Part shown: in pieces, positions 11,686 to 26,300 of the stretch
Layout: the number at the start of each line of letters is the position of its first letter
Position numbering within the stretch: the first letter of the stretch is position 1
Origin: Dendrobates tinctorius
Lineage: Eukaryota
Assembly (NCBI RefSeq): GCF_039654945.1
Contig: NW_027361696.1
Span: forward strand, 37,634,001-37,698,000
Reading direction: 5' to 3'
Length of the DNA stretch: 64,000 nucleotides
Translations under genes and position numbers: made by a program
Notes under the pieces: generated by a model
What the model was told of the DNA's origin: nothing
Database searches by the model: none
Seen by the model: the letters and a program-made list of their open reading frames with translations, nothing else

Positions 11686-14600
11686 TCACATCTTGTATGA
11701 TGTATCATCTGTATTGCTGTGTATTTGTTGCATTATCCCCCTCACAACATTGGACATATAGGTACATCCAAGTCATGTCTCTCCCTTTAATGCAGTCTCT
11801 GGCGTTCAACCTGTGTATTTCTCTGCACATGACAGCTGATTTGATCTCTTCATCTCTGAGTTTGTTTTCATACATAGACAATATTATTCTTATATGAATG
11901 GGCTCCATTGAAGGATTCAATTAGTTCCATACTTACCCTAATTATATAGACCCTATGGTATAATAAGCTCTGGTTCCTACCCCCAGTTCCTTCATGTTTT
12001 TAAATATGAATGCTTTGATTTCCAATAAAAGGTCAGATACCTGCTTTTACGTCCTTCCTACTGACCTTAATCATCTTTTCCTTGATAGTAGCTTCTATAC
12101 CTGAGGTACGATAACATTTTTACTCATGTAGCCAGTTACTTCGAGGGAAGAAAATCTTTAACAAAGAATCTTTTGCCGTTCCTACACTTGGCATGATGTG
12201 TGATAAGTTTAAAAAAAAAATCTTCAAAATTTTATCTACTTACCTTTTTTATTTCTTATCTAATACTCACCTACATATATCACATGTTTCTTGTTAGACA
12301 AGATTCAGTACACCATTATTCACATTAACCAAATTTGTTGGGATTAGACAAGAATAAAAAGCATACATTCATACGTCACCACGTGTAGTCTTTCATCTAC
12401 AGTTATCCAGTAGTGTTTTAGGGTACCTACTATCCCTAAATCTATCAGTCTTTTTTATAATGATCATCATAAATTATGTGTCTGATACAAGCCAGACTAC
12501 ACAATATCTTCATTTGGCCGCATCCACCTAGTATCCTTCTCTCTGCTGCCTAGCCTGTGGACCTAATTCTGTATTCAATTGACCAATGAATTTGACATAA
12601 ACGTTAGATGTGTCTTTATAACTACAGGCACAGGTTGCACACCCTGGTCTACCCCTTTAACAATTAATGATGGATATATCTGTCTTAAGCAGCTGCTGGA
12701 TCCCACATGAGAGCTAAAACTGATCCAATCAGTTAATGCGCTTTAGATGCCATTAAACTGTGGCATTTAAAGGGTCTGTTATATGGAGGGTCTCCCTCTG
12801 TATGGTCATTGCCACCTGCAACATAATCACAAAGTTTTATAAGGTTAACTTTTCTATACGGTCTAATATATTTTTATTGACCGGCAGGTTATTAATCTTT
12901 TCCAACCACAAGCAGCAATGATAAAAAAAATGGATAGTTTTTTCTTATATATTTTCACAACTCTATCGTGTATATACAGCGGTTCAGATTCATCACCAGA
13001 TATTTACTACAAGAAAGAACTCCATTTTTTTGTTTCTACATAAATAGGTCAGTTTGTAGTAGAACTGGGGTCTCACTATGTAGGAATCCATATCAGGAAC
13101 AGATCCAGTTCTGGACAAGACAGAAAAGGTCTGAAAATACAAAAACACCAAGAGTTAATCAAACATAGTCATTGTCTATGTCATAAGTCTCATTGTGTCA
13201 ATATCCTGTACCCAAAGTACTGGGCTGTCACTGACACTTGGGGTTCAGGATAACAACACACTGACATTTAGGGTACAGTGTAATGACACCAAATTTAAGA
13301 CTGTTGTCATCCTTTACTCCAAGTGCCAGAATTTCATTTTTCTGCACCCCCAAGTGTTGGTTTCATCATCCCATAACTCAAGGTAAGTCATTATCCTGCA
13401 CCAAAAGTGATGGCATTAATATTTCATACATCTAATAAGACACATAGAGAGAGAAAAAATTAATGGAAAGACCTGAAAAGTGAAGAAAAATGAACAGATA
13501 TAAGATAGAGAAAACATTTGAAACAGACAATGCATTTTGTCAGTTTCAATATAATAAATAAATCTATACATCAAGGCACAAAGAAAGATACAGAAAATAA
13601 TATTTGTCTATCATGTATCTATAATTAAAACTTTAGGTCAAATGCATTATTTGTCTTTCTAACTTCCTTTAAACCAGTCTTGTTTTGGGTGCATTGGTCT
13701 GGGATAAATCTTTTAGTTCAAATGAATGATAATGGAGACAGTGTTATTATTATCCAATTGAACTAATAGAATTATCCCTGACATACAATAGACCCTGCAG
13801 AGGTCACACTTGTCCGGAGCCTTGTATCTCCATCAGCCACTCAGCATGAGAAGAGAGGAGAACATACCCAGTATCAATTAAAACTGACTGTACTATATAC
13901 AGAGGGCATTTCATATGTAGATGACAGGGTTAATAGCTGCAAGAAAAACTGTACAGGAAGCTACATGCAAATTAAATGTATACAAAATAAATTTAAGATC
14001 CACATACAGCTCAGGAAAAAAATCAAGTGGTCACAACATCAAAACCCTGTCTTGGGCAGACTATTCTCCAGACCTGAACCTCATTGAAAGCCTCTGGAAT
14101 GTAATCAAGAGGATGATGGATAGTCACAAGTAGAGTTGAGCGATACCGTCCGATACTTCAAAGTATCGGATCGGAATGGATCGGCCGATCTTAAAAAAAA
14201 GTATCGGTATCGCCGATTCCGATACCGGAAGTCCCATTCAAGTCTATGGGACTTCCGGTATCGGAATAAGAAAAATCCTGTTTTTCCCTTGTACAGCCTC
14301 TCTGGGGTCTGTACGGGCCTTTCGGGGGGCTGTGCCGGCCTGCCAGGGGGTCTGTGCAGGCTCCGGTGGTCTGTGCCGGCCTGCCGGGGGGCTGTGCCGG
14401 CCTGCCAGGGGGGCTGTGCAGGCTCCGGTGGGCTGTGCCGGCCTGCCAGGGGGGCTGTGCAGGCTCCGGTGGGCTGTGCCGGCCTGCCGGGGGGCTGTGC
14501 CGGCCTGCCGGTGGTCTGTGCACCCTGTGGGGGGCTGTGCCGGCCTGCCGGGGGGCTGTGCTGATGTCCGGGGGTCTGTGCAAGCATCGTCCGATGGGAC

Positions 14601-14719
14601 TACAAGTCCCATCTGGCGATGCCTGCTACCATGACAGTGATTGACACATTAGCCAATGATGGGACAGTAGTAGTCCCATCATCCGGCTAATGTGTTAAAT
14701 GTTAAAAAAAAAAAAAAAA

Positions 14720-15800
14720 ATACTACATACATACTACATGCATGCTACATACATACTACATGCTACATACATACTACATACATACTACATACATACTACA
14801 TACATAACACATATATACTACATACATACTACATACTTAATACATATATACTACATGCATGCTACATACATACTACATGCTACATACATACTACATATAT
14901 ACTACATACATACTACATACATACTACATACATACTACATGCATGCTACATACATACTACATATATACTACATGCATGCTACATACATACTACATGCTAC
15001 ATACATACTACATATATACTACATACATACTACATACATACTACATACATACTACATGCATGCTACATACATACTACATATATACTACATGCATGCTACA
15101 TACATACTACATGCTACATACATACTACATATATGCTACATACATACTACATATATACTACATGCATGCTACATACATACTGCATGCTACATACATACTA
15201 CATGCTACATACATACCACATATATAATACATACATACTACATGCATGCTACATGCTACATACATACCACATACATACTACATACATACTACATACATAC
15301 TACATGCTACATACATACTACATATATACTACATGCATGCTACATACATACTGCATGCTACATACATACCACATATATACTACATACATACTACATGCAT
15401 GCTACATGCTACATACATACCACATACATACTACATACATACTACATACATACTACATGCTACATACATACTACATATATACTACATGCATGCTACATAC
15501 ATACTGCATGCTACATACATACCACATACATACTACATACATACTACATGCATGCTACATGCTGCATACATACCACATACATACTACATACATACTACAT
15601 ACATACTACATGCTACATACATACTACATATATACTACATGCATGCTACATACATACTACATGCTACATACATACTACATATACTACATGCATGCTACAT
15701 ACATACTACATACATACTACATGCTACATACATACCACATATATACTACATGCATACTACATACAATACATTCATACAATACATACATAGACATACAGTA
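14720..15800. repeat. Compound (TACA/TACATGC/CATAC)n microsatellite, left arm
   Basis: Low-complexity repeat, mirrored at 16410-17311. Confidence 0.95.
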
Positions 15801-16409
15801 CATATAACATAGAGTAACATACTTACCAATACTTGTCACATTGTTCCCCGAAGCCATTGTCTTTTACGGAATAAATATTAACATAACAAACCACAAAAAT
15901 ACTCACCCACGATCCGAAGCAGTCCACGAGTGTGTCCCACGACGATCTTGGGTAGAGAACTGCAGCATCAGCTGTTGCTGCCGTTCTCTACGGGCTGCAG
16001 GAATCCAATGACGGAAGGTAGGTATCCTTCCGCACTGTATTCCTCCGCCACTTAAAAAAAAAAAAAGTCCCTAGTCTCACTGTATGCCATTGCTGTGTGG
16101 GAAATTCCCACGCAGCAATGGCATAAAGTGAGACTAGGGACTTTTTTTTTTAAGTGGCGGAGGAATACAGTGCAGAAGGATACCTACCTTCCGTCATTGG
16201 ATTCCTGCAGCCCGTAGAGAACGGCAGCAACAGCTGATGCTGCAGTTCTCTACCCAAGATCGTCGTGGGACACACTCGTGGACTGCTTCGGATCGTGGGT
16301 GAGTATTTTTGTGGTTTGTTATGTTAATATTTATTCCGTAAAAGACAATGGCTTCGGGGAACAATGTGACAAGTATTGGTAAGTATGTTACTCTATGTTA
16401 TATGTACTG

Positions 16410-17311
16410 TATGTCTATGTATGTATTGTATGAATGTATTGTATGTAGTATGTATGTAGTATATATGTGGTATGTATGTAGCATGTAGTATGTATGTAGT
16501 ATGTATGTAGCATGCATGTAGCATGCAGTATGTATGTAGCATGCATGTAGTATATATGTAGTATGTATGTAGCATGTAGTATGTATGTAGCATGCATGTA
16601 GTATATATGTAGTATGTATGTAGCATGTAGTATGTATGTAGTATGTATGTAGTATATATGTAGTATGTATGTAGCATGTAGTATGTATGTAGCATGCATG
16701 TAGTATATATGTAGTATGTATGTAGCATGTAGTATGTATGTAGCATGCATGTAGTATGTATGTAGTATGTATGTAGTATGTATGTAGTATATATGTAGTA
16801 TGTATGTAGCATGTAGTATGTATGTAGCATGCATGTAGTATATATGTAGTATGTATGTAGTATGTATGTAGTATGTATGTAGCATGCATGTAGCATGCAG
16901 TATGTATGTAGCATGCATGTAGTATATATGTAGTATGTATGTAGCATGTAGTATGTATGTAGCATGCATGTAGTATATATGTAGTATGTATGTAGCATGT
17001 AGTATGTATGTAGCATGCATGTAGTATGTATGTAGTATGTATGTAGTATATATGTAGTATGTATGTAGCATGTAGTATGTATGTAGCATGCATGTAGTAT
17101 GTATGTAGTATGTATGTAGTATGTATGTAGTATATATGTAGTATGTATGTAGCATGTAGTATGTATGTAGCATGCATGTAGTATATATGTAGTATGTATG
17201 TAGTATGTATGTAGTATTTATGTGTTATGTATGTAGTATGTATGTAGTATGTATGTAGTATGTATGTAGCATGTAGTATGTATGTAGCATGCATGTAGTA
17301 TGTATGTAGTA
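16410..17311. repeat. Compound (TGTA/GTATG)n microsatellite, right arm
   Basis: Reverse complement of the left-arm repeat. Confidence 0.95.
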
Positions 17312-18943
17312 TTTTTTTTTTTTTTTTTTTTTTTAACATTTAACACATTAGCCGGATGATGGGACTACTACTTTCCCATCATTGGCTAATGTGTCAATCA
17401 CTGTCATGGTAGCAGGCATCGCCAGATGGGACTTGTAGTCCCATCGGACGATGCTTGCACAGACCCCCGGACATCAGCACAGCCCCCCGGCAGGCCGGCA
17501 CAGCCCCCCGGCAGGCCGGCACAGCCCCCCACAGGGTGCACAGACCACCGGCAGGCCGGCACAGCCCCCCGGCAGGCCAGTACAGACCCCCACAGGGTGC
17601 ACAGACCACCGGCAGGCCGGCACAGCCCCCCGGCAGGCCGGTACAGACCCCCACAGGGTGCACAGACCACCGGCAGGCCGGCACAGCCCCCCGGCAGGCC
17701 GGTACAGACCCCGGGCAGTCCACACAGCCCCCCGGCAGGCCGGCAGAGACCCCCGGAAGGCCCGAAATGACGGCGCATCATGATGCGCACACACCGCGCA
17801 TCATGATGACGTCAGGCTGTCAATCAACTTTGAACTTCCGATTCCGATGCTGACTTCCGATATTGAAAAAATATCGGAAGTCGGTATCGGAATTCCGATA
17901 CAGCAAGTATCGGCCGATACCCGATACTTGCGGTATCGGAATGCTCAACACTAGTCACAAGTCATCAAACAAAGAAGAACTGCTTACATTTTTGTGCCAG
18001 AAGCACTATGAAAGACTGGTGATAAGCATGCCAAGACGCATGAAAGCTGTGATTAAAAATAATGGTTATTCCACAAAATATTGATTTCTGAACTCTTCCT
18101 GAGTTATAAGATTAGTATTATTGTTTATAAATGATTATGAACTTGTTTTCTTAGCATTATTTGAGGTCTGAAAGCAATGTTTTTTTATTTTGACCATTTT
18201 TCTTTGTCAGAAAAAAAAATATAACATTTTTTGCTTGGAAATTTGGAGACATGATGTCAGAAGTTTATAGACTAAAACACAATTTACATTTTACTCAAAA
18301 ATATACATATAAATAGAAAAATCTGACAAACTGAACATTTGAAAGCGGTCCCTTAATTTTTGTCAGAGCTGTATATTGGTTTTGCTTTTTTTTTATTTCT
18401 TTAACTAGCTAATTTTTTACTCATTAAAGTGGTACCGCCTTGGGATCGAATGTAACGTCTATCCCATCCTTTTAGATGAGTTCAGAGATTGTTGTGATTA
18501 AAACTATTTTTTCTTTTATGAATTAACTCCTCTTAAGAACCCTAAGGAAAAGGGGGAATCAATCAATGGTAAAAAAGTCATGTGCTTAACATACATATAA
18601 ATCCCATCTGTTACACTAAAAATCCCAACTTGTGTAAGAAGTAACCAAAAAATGCACAAATAGAAGATGTTTTTTCCAAATAAGTAGCAATTTTTATTAA
18701 AAATTTGTATGAAAACAAACGTTAAATATAAAACATCGTATCCTCAGATGTGACAGACACTATTGGCTACGGACACCTTTAAACACACCCTGCTGGTATA
18801 ATATTTCACAGTAGATTCATATACAATATTATATTTAATTAGTGATGAGCGAGTATATTCATTACTCGAGATTTCCTGAGCATGCTCAGGTGATCTCATA
18901 GTATTTGGATGTGCATAATGGCATACCAACATCATTTGACATA

Positions 18944-19489
18944 CGAGGGGCGTCTGAAAAGTTCGAGGCCCACCCATGAAATCTTTTTTGCATGGTCTTG
19001 TTCTGCAATGCAATATGTTATTTAGTTAGTTGAATGGTCTCATGAGCAATCTGGATTTATTTTTATTTTTTATGTTTCCGTTACAGCATTTTAAAGTTGG
19101 GTCGCAAGGCTGAAATATGGAAATGGAGAAGTTGGCAAAGTTCACACATCGGCTGTTGCAATGGCTGCAATTCCACCTTCCACCAAGGTGCTTTTTCATC
19201 TGTGGGAATAGGTGATAGTCCGAGGGAGCTAAATCAGGGGAATAGGGTGGGTGCTGAAGCAGTTGGAAACCACAGGAGAGAATTGCAGCCAACTTTGCCA
19301 ACTTCTCCATTTCCATATTTCAGCATTGCGACCCAACTTTAAAATGCTGTAACGGAAACAAAAAAAATCAAAATAAATCCAGATTGCTCATGAGACCATT
19401 CAACTAACTAAATAACATATTGCATTGCAAAACAAGACCATGCAAAAAAGATTTCATGGGTGGGCCTTGAACTTTTCAGGCGCCCCTCG
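18944..19489. mobile_element. Mariner-derived foldback MITE
   Basis: TA TSD, ~200-bp inverted arms starting CGAGGGGCG. The centre encodes HPPYSPDLAPSDYHLF (mariner DD34D motif) on the minus strand. Confidence 0.9.
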
Positions 19490-19534
19490 TAGTAACTCTT
19501 TACACATTATAGATTACAAAATGGGTCTGGCTAA

Positions 19535-19934
19535 AGGCCCTTTTACATTTAGCGATGCACCAGCGATCCGACCCGGTCAGGATCGCTGGTGCATCGCTAA
19601 ATGATCGCTAGTGAGCTGTCACACAGGCAGACCTCACAGTGATGCAGCAGTGACGCAGCGCACGATACTCACCTTTCACACACAGCGATCCTGGTGTCCT
19701 CCCGCCTGCCTCCAGCGTCTCTCGTCGTCAGCTTCCTGCTGAGGCTTCCTGCTGTGATGACAAGCGACGTAGAAATAGAGCCTGACATTTTCGCGCGATC
19801 AGCGATGGACAGGGGGGAGCCGGTCGGAGGTAAGTATCACACATAGCGATATCGCTAGCGATATCTCTATAAAGTCACAAAAACGGTGACGTTATAGCGA
19901 TATCGCTAGCGATATCGCTATGTGTAAAACCCCT
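19535..19934. mobile_element. PIF/Harbinger-type MITE
   Basis: TAA TSD, ends AGGCCCTTTTACA...TGTAAAACCCCT, internal AGCGAT/ATCGCT repeats. Confidence 0.8.
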
Positions 19935-20191
19935 TAAGTTCTGCAGCACACTCACTGTCAGCACTTTCTGCAGTATTTTCCAGCAATATTTTTTTGCCTT
20001 TCCTTTATTGCCTTTATTTAAGTTGTGACTATTTTTCAAATAAGTACCACCATGGGGTAAAATATAACACCTATCCCACATTGTGGTTTGAGTTATGAGT
20101 TTGTTTTGATAGACAACATTATACTTTTATGCACGGGCCCCTCTGTAGAATTCAATTAGTGCTATTCCTACCCTAATAATATGGATTCTAA

Positions 20192-20638
20192 AGGCCACGT
20201 TACACATAACGATGTCCCAGTGATCCCACCAATGATGCAACATGGATGGGATCACTGGGACATTGTTAGGCTGATCGCTGGTGAGCAGTCCCATAGACAG
20301 CCCCTCCAGTGATCAGGACCAGCGATCAAGTTGGTTTCCAATGTAAACAGCGAGTGTCCAAGAGCCGTGCGGCTCTTAGATACCCGCTGTCTACATTGTA
20401 AACCAAAGTGCAACATTGCTGATCGCTGGTCTCTCGCTGCCACATGTAGCGATGCATGCTGGCCAGCGGGAGACCAGCGATCAAAAAATGGCCCAGGACG
20501 ATGGAGCGCGATCAGCGATACCCAGCAGGGGGGCCGGTCGCTGATCCATGTCACACACAGTAATCTCGCTGGCGAGATCGCTGTGGCATCACAAAATCAG
20601 TGATCTCGCTGGCGAGATCGCTGTGTGTGACGGGGCCT
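20192..20638. mobile_element. PIF/Harbinger-type MITE
   Basis: TAA TSD, ends AGGCCACGTTACAC...GTGTGACGGGGCCT. Confidence 0.8.
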
Positions 20639-22325
20639 TAAAGTATAATTAGCACTCATTCTTACCCCCAGTTGCAATATGTCTTTATATATAAATGTAT
20701 TAATTTCTGATAAAAAGTCAGATGCTTGCTTTTTCTTGCAGTCTGCAGTCTACTAAACATAATCTTCTTTTCTTTGATAGTAGCTTCCATACCTGAGGTA
20801 TGATAACATTTCTACTCCTGTAGCCAGTTACTTCAAGGGAAGAAAATCTCAAACAAAGGAAAGGATCCTTTGCCATTCCTAGACTTGACATGTTTTGTGA
20901 TAAGTTGAAGAAAAGTCAGTACAGCAGGACACCATTGTTCACATTGACCTAATTTGTTGGGTTTGGACAAGAATGATAAAAATATGTCCATAGGTCACCA
21001 CGTGTGTTCTTTCCTCTACAGTTATCCAGCAGTGTTTTAGGTTACCTTTTATCCCTGAATTTATCTGTCTTTTTTATTCTTATCACTTAAAATGCTTCTG
21101 ACTCCCAGATATTGATTCTATGATGGTGATTGCACTATTTTATCAGGTCGGTGACTCCCATATCTCAAACTCTTTTTTATTTGTGGGCATCACAAGTCCA
21201 GACGAGGCAATCCTCTGTCCTTCGGTGAAATCAAAACATCCATAAATTGATCTAAAAAAATTTGACTAATGTAAATTTGGTAGAAGATCATGTGACATAG
21301 AAAATGTATTGAAATCATGGAGTTCTGCTAGAATTCTGATCCCTAGGAGGAAGACATCTTCTATGAAAATCCGAAAACTTAAAAATATGACTGAAGTGGT
21401 GGGATACACAGATAAGGTCCTAATCAAGGGATGATATCACCATAAATACAAATGTGGGGGCCATGTTTACAACAATTTTTTATTTGAATGGATGTTATCT
21501 TCCTTAATTATTCTTATACATGAGCATTATTATTCTGAATTCATGCACTTCACACCTTATATGATACATATATTTATGTGTTGCTGTGTATTTCATGTAT
21601 TATGCTGATTTATATTGTATCTGCAGTCACTTGTACTTTTATGGATGTATAAATATGAATTATGATCATTTTGGTATTATTATTTTTGCAACTTAGTGAC
21701 CTGTAGAGATGTCTCTATATATTTATCATTAAATATATAGGGACACATACATACAGATAATGCAGGCACCACATATCTACACTAACATAAACCAGTGTCT
21801 TACATGGAGGAGAAGTGGAACTTTTAAATTGGGGGGTATGCAACCAAATACGCATTTCTCGTGCTGTTGTTCAGTCTGCACTGTGTATCGGAATCTTTTA
21901 TGTTTATTTTTGATAACTGATAGAAATAAAGCAAATTATTATTATTTGAAGTATTGATGATATTGGGAATTATCTCACATTTTTATGGATCGATCTACAC
22001 ATTTTTCCATTAGGTCCTTTGATGAATTAATAGCCTAAATACCGATGCACGATGGAGAGAAATACAAAATAATTAGATTAGTTTTGGACATTTATACACA
22101 AGTTTTACTTTAATATCACTTGGATTACTTAGATTACTTAGTAAATAGGTAACAGGAAAGCTAAATGTGTTAAATAATAAAAGATAAGATACATGAGAGA
22201 TAGACAAGCACATGACAGACATATGGCCATGGAGAGAGGTTTGTAGGGAAAATCTTTTCTGAGAAGTTTTGTGTGAGCCATTCTGAACTCTTCTGCTATA
22301 CATCTATCATTGGAAGTAATAGAAA

Positions 22326-23398
22326 ATGGAGAAATTATCAAGACCAGAATCTGTTTCTTCTAACTGTGCCACTGACATAGAGGAAACAGAAGTGATAGTA
22401 TCTGTACAAAACCCTCATACAACTGGGATGGAGGTTGCTGAATAATTGAGATGCTTCTGCACCGTGTTGAGAGGTCCAACCAAGATGCTAAATTGCTTTG
22501 GATTCTGGACCGGGAACTGGTCTTTCATGGTCAGGCTGAGAGAAGACCCGTCCTTTTCTGATGGTGGTCTCATGCATCTGCCAGAACGATGCACATTAGG
22601 AAACTCAGAAGCAATCATTACTTATTCGGACAAGTCAATGAGCGAGAATAGAAGGATGATGGTGGAATATATGGAGGACAACATAACACATCTCTATTGC
22701 AGCTGCCTTCTGCAAAGCAATGTTTTCAAGGACTATTCTAATGTCCTGAAAGAATTCCAAGACAGAAGAAATAAGAAGGCCAAGAAGCATCAGAGAAAGA
22801 GTAACAGGTAAGAGGACAAAGCACTCCACCATTCATTACCTGGATTTTCTAATATCATATATCTGTTCTTGGGACAATTGGGTATCGACCAACTTGATGC
22901 TGACATTAATTTATTGTAATTTTTGTTGCCATCTTCAAATCTTTTAATCTACTGCACAAAATATGAGCCAGTTTTAATTGGGATAAGTTTGGGACAGAAT
23001 ATATTTTATTTCTTTCATTATTATTGAGTCCAATGATATAAAAAATGGGGCCCTTTCTGAAAAAAATCTGATTTTTCAGGCATATTTTCTAAAAATAGTT
23101 ACATTTGACAGTTTTGTCTATTGTTGCATCTCATAGTGATGTAATATCTACATTTTGTCCTTATTTTCCCTCAGATAAAATAATGATTTCCTTGCTGATG
23201 GAGATGACAGAAGAAATGGTGCCATCTGAATTTGAAAACTAATTCTGGATCCGATTTCTATGAAGAGTGCCAATTTTTCCCAAAGCAACTTGTTTATGAA
23301 CACATCAGCATCGGGACTTAGTACCGACAGATGAAACTGTGGACACTTTAATCCTCTGTATATTTTGATCATTTTGTCAAATTTGTTGCTTCAATAAA
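22326..23398 (+). pseudogene. Paralog 1 of the short ZCCHC3/Tx1-ORF1-like gene (pseudogene)
   Basis: ATG 22326 (MEKLSRPESVSSNCAT..). Premature TAA at 22443, where paralog 2 has TAC. The frame continues to 22811 with an eroded knuckle. The TATA region is deleted. Predicted intron 22808-23174, AATAAA at 23393. Confidence 0.82.
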
Positions 23399-26300
23399 AC
23401 TTGAATTTAATCCAGAAATGTCTCTCCCTTGTGTCATGTTTATATTCATCCAAAAGGGAAAAGTTGTTCTCAATGTAAATCAGGCTCCTCCAAATCTGTG
23501 TCTTTTAGGGTTAAAATTGATGGATTTGTATTTCTGCATTATGATAGACTGGGTGCAAATACTCCCACTCAATACTTTTTACAACAATAAAACAAATAAT
23601 GGTTAGATTTTATCTCCTGCATTCTTCTATCTATTTCTTGTATATGAGCTGCTCTGGTCCTCTGTACATGGCAATACACTACATGTGTTCCCAGGTTCTT
23701 CACAAATAAAAATCACAGAGTTGCAGATTCATCTCCAGATCTTTATTATAAGAAAGAATCATTTTTTGTATCTAAAAGCAACATACACATGTGACATTTC
23801 TGTATAATATATACACCCCGCATATCTCTGGGTCGGTTGTGGTAGAACTGGGGTACCCTCCTTGCCGGAATCCAGATTAGAACAAGGCAGAAGAGGTAAA
23901 AAAAAGTACAATAATGCAAAGAGTTAATCCATCAAGTTAGCTGTCCTGTACCCTAAATCTCATTGTGTCAATATCCTGAACCCCAAGTGTCATTGTGCCA
24001 TTATGGGTACAGTACAGTGATGCTCACACTTAAATACTGGATAATGACATAAAGTTTCAGGCTGTTATTATCCTGTACCCCAATTGTCAGCATTTCAGTT
24101 TTCTATACCTCCAATTCTTGTTTTTATCATCGTGTACCCCAAGTTCTAGTGTCATTGTCCAGAACCCCATTTGTCAGTTTCTTTATATTCTGTACCACAA
24201 GTCTCTGCTTCCTCTTTCTCTACTTATTAAAGCCTTTAATATTTCACACATCTATTATGACAGGAAGATATAGAAAAGGAAAAAGAAAGACCAGTCACAC
24301 AGTATAGATAGATTAACCGATATGAGGTAATGATACCAGTTGGAAAAAGATGATGTCATTTTCATTTTATAATTAATACATAAGTCAATACATCAGAAGG
24401 ATGAAGAAAATATTTATACATCATTTATCTGTATTTTAATGTACAGACTGCATAAATCTTAGTCTCCATTGCAATTAGTAAATTATAAGTCATATAATCC
24501 TTGAAGAAACTCAATAAATGTTACTTATTACATAATGAGAATGATGGTGTCGTGATTCTTCCTTGATAAGAAACATGATGTGCCACATGTTAAGTCTGAT
24601 AGCTGTAAATATTCCATTGATTACATTTTTATCCATGTAGCCTATTATTTTGTGGTAAGAAAATAATTGTCAAAGCTCAGTAATGGCAGATATTAGTAGC
24701 CTGACATAAAAGCAGGTACATAGTATATTATCATAAATCGATACAGTTACATGTAAAAACACAACAAAATTGTAGACTGAAACCAGTACTAATTTTACCC
24801 TTGAGTCCATACAAAAAAGGTAATTGTGAAACTCATGGAGTTCATCAGAGTAGCACATCCATATGAAAGAAAATAATTTCTATTTATCACAACAGACTTA
24901 GAATTCAGCTAAAATTGTGGTTTAGCCTTTACACTTGACCCCATCGCGGTTCCCTGGGGTGGAATAAGAGTAGCCAGGACCCCTGGCTCTATAGAGTGTG
25001 CCCTCAGCACCTGATGTATCACATGACATGTGACAATATCCCCTTTGAGATGTGATAGGTCAAGTGTTTAACACAGAGATGCATGTGTGCAAATGTAAGA
25101 CAACAGAGACATCGGTGTGCTACATGGACAATGCAAATTTTTTCTCCTTGTGTACAGTGCTAAAATAGCAATGCTATACCCAGTAGAGGATACTATGTAA
25201 TAAGAAACTATGCTATATATAACAAGAGGAAGTTATATAATATGGGACGGCACTATACATAAAAATAAATGCTACTTAATAAAGCACAGCGGTATATATA
25301 GCAAACTGGAATTGTATATAATTGTTCTTTATGGAAATATCTTTAAGATAAGCATGGATTGGTTATAATGAGGGCTATTAGCGCTACCACCCAGGGCCCA
25401 GATCTCCCATGGGTCCCAGCAATAATGATGATTTGAGGGTGCTAGAGTAGATCATTATGTATTCTGACTAGAGGATGAGTGACAGTAAATTAGGGTGATT
25501 TGAGGGTGGTGGAGAGTAAAGGATTATGTATTGAAGGTGGGGTAGAGCAAAAGATAATGAATTGAGGGTTAGTGGAGAGCAAATGATGAATTGAGGGTGA
25601 AGGAGACCAAATGTTGATGCATTAACTTTGTAAGGTGAGGGACATAAATTATGATCAATTGAGGGTGGGGAAAGCAAATTATGATGAATTGAGAGATAAG
25701 GGTGAGTGAGAGAAAATAATGCTGTTACGGGACCCCTGTGAGTGCCAGGCTCTGAGTAGTACAGGAAATTGCACTAGTTATAAGCCACCCAAGGTGGCAC
25801 CCCTTTATTGGAAAAAAACACTCCTTACCATAAAGATATTTCTATAAAGAACAATTATAAGATGAGCCAACAAATTATTTTTGGGAAATGCTGCTGTAAA
25901 TTCTGGTAGAGAGTGTGAAGGAGAGATTAGTCATCCCCTTTAATAATTGATAAATGTGTAATAATTTAGTATGTATAACAAAATTAGGATTTCATTATCA
26001 AGATTTATTAGGCCAGAGATCATATTAATAGTCAGATAAGTCCTTGATGAAAAGATGGCATATTTCTGAATTTGTGTAGAATCCTGCCCTTGTAAATAGT
26101 TTTTCTGAAAAATATGGATGCCATTCAGGACACAATACAGTGACCTCGTTGTGTCATGTTTCAGGTCTTCTACACAAGATTCATATCTACCGTACTACAC
26201 ATTTAGTGAATGTAATATATATTTAACATTTTTTCTGTCTCACAATGAAAATTAGTACTTAAACCTGGATTATACGTATAAGAAAATAATGATTACACCA

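Larger units (their letters stand above)
14131..17953. mobile_element. Non-autonomous hAT element built as a multi-kb palindrome (GC minisatellite plus TACA-type microsatellite arms)
   Basis: TIRs TAGAGTTGAGC...GCTCAACACTA, 8-bp TSD GTCACAAG on both sides, symmetry centre at 16104. Confidence 0.93.
14007..18371 (+). mobile_element. Internally deleted Tc1-family element, interrupted by a hAT palindromic element
   Basis: TA flanks and imperfect TIRs CAGCTC.G..AAAA. Transposase remnant W..YSPDLNLIESLW continues after the insert as ..SMPRRMKAVIKNNGYSTKY. Confidence 0.85.

Noticed and set aside
14105-14644. Pro/Gly/Ala/Cys-rich ORFs (also 17394-17853, 53498-54395, 55583-56254)
   Set aside because: They come from the GC minisatellite inside the palindromic element and are open in nearly every frame.
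14692-17339. Long His/Tyr/Thr/Ile-rich ORFs (also 54397-55187)
   Set aside because: They are translations of a stop-free microsatellite, open in all three frames.
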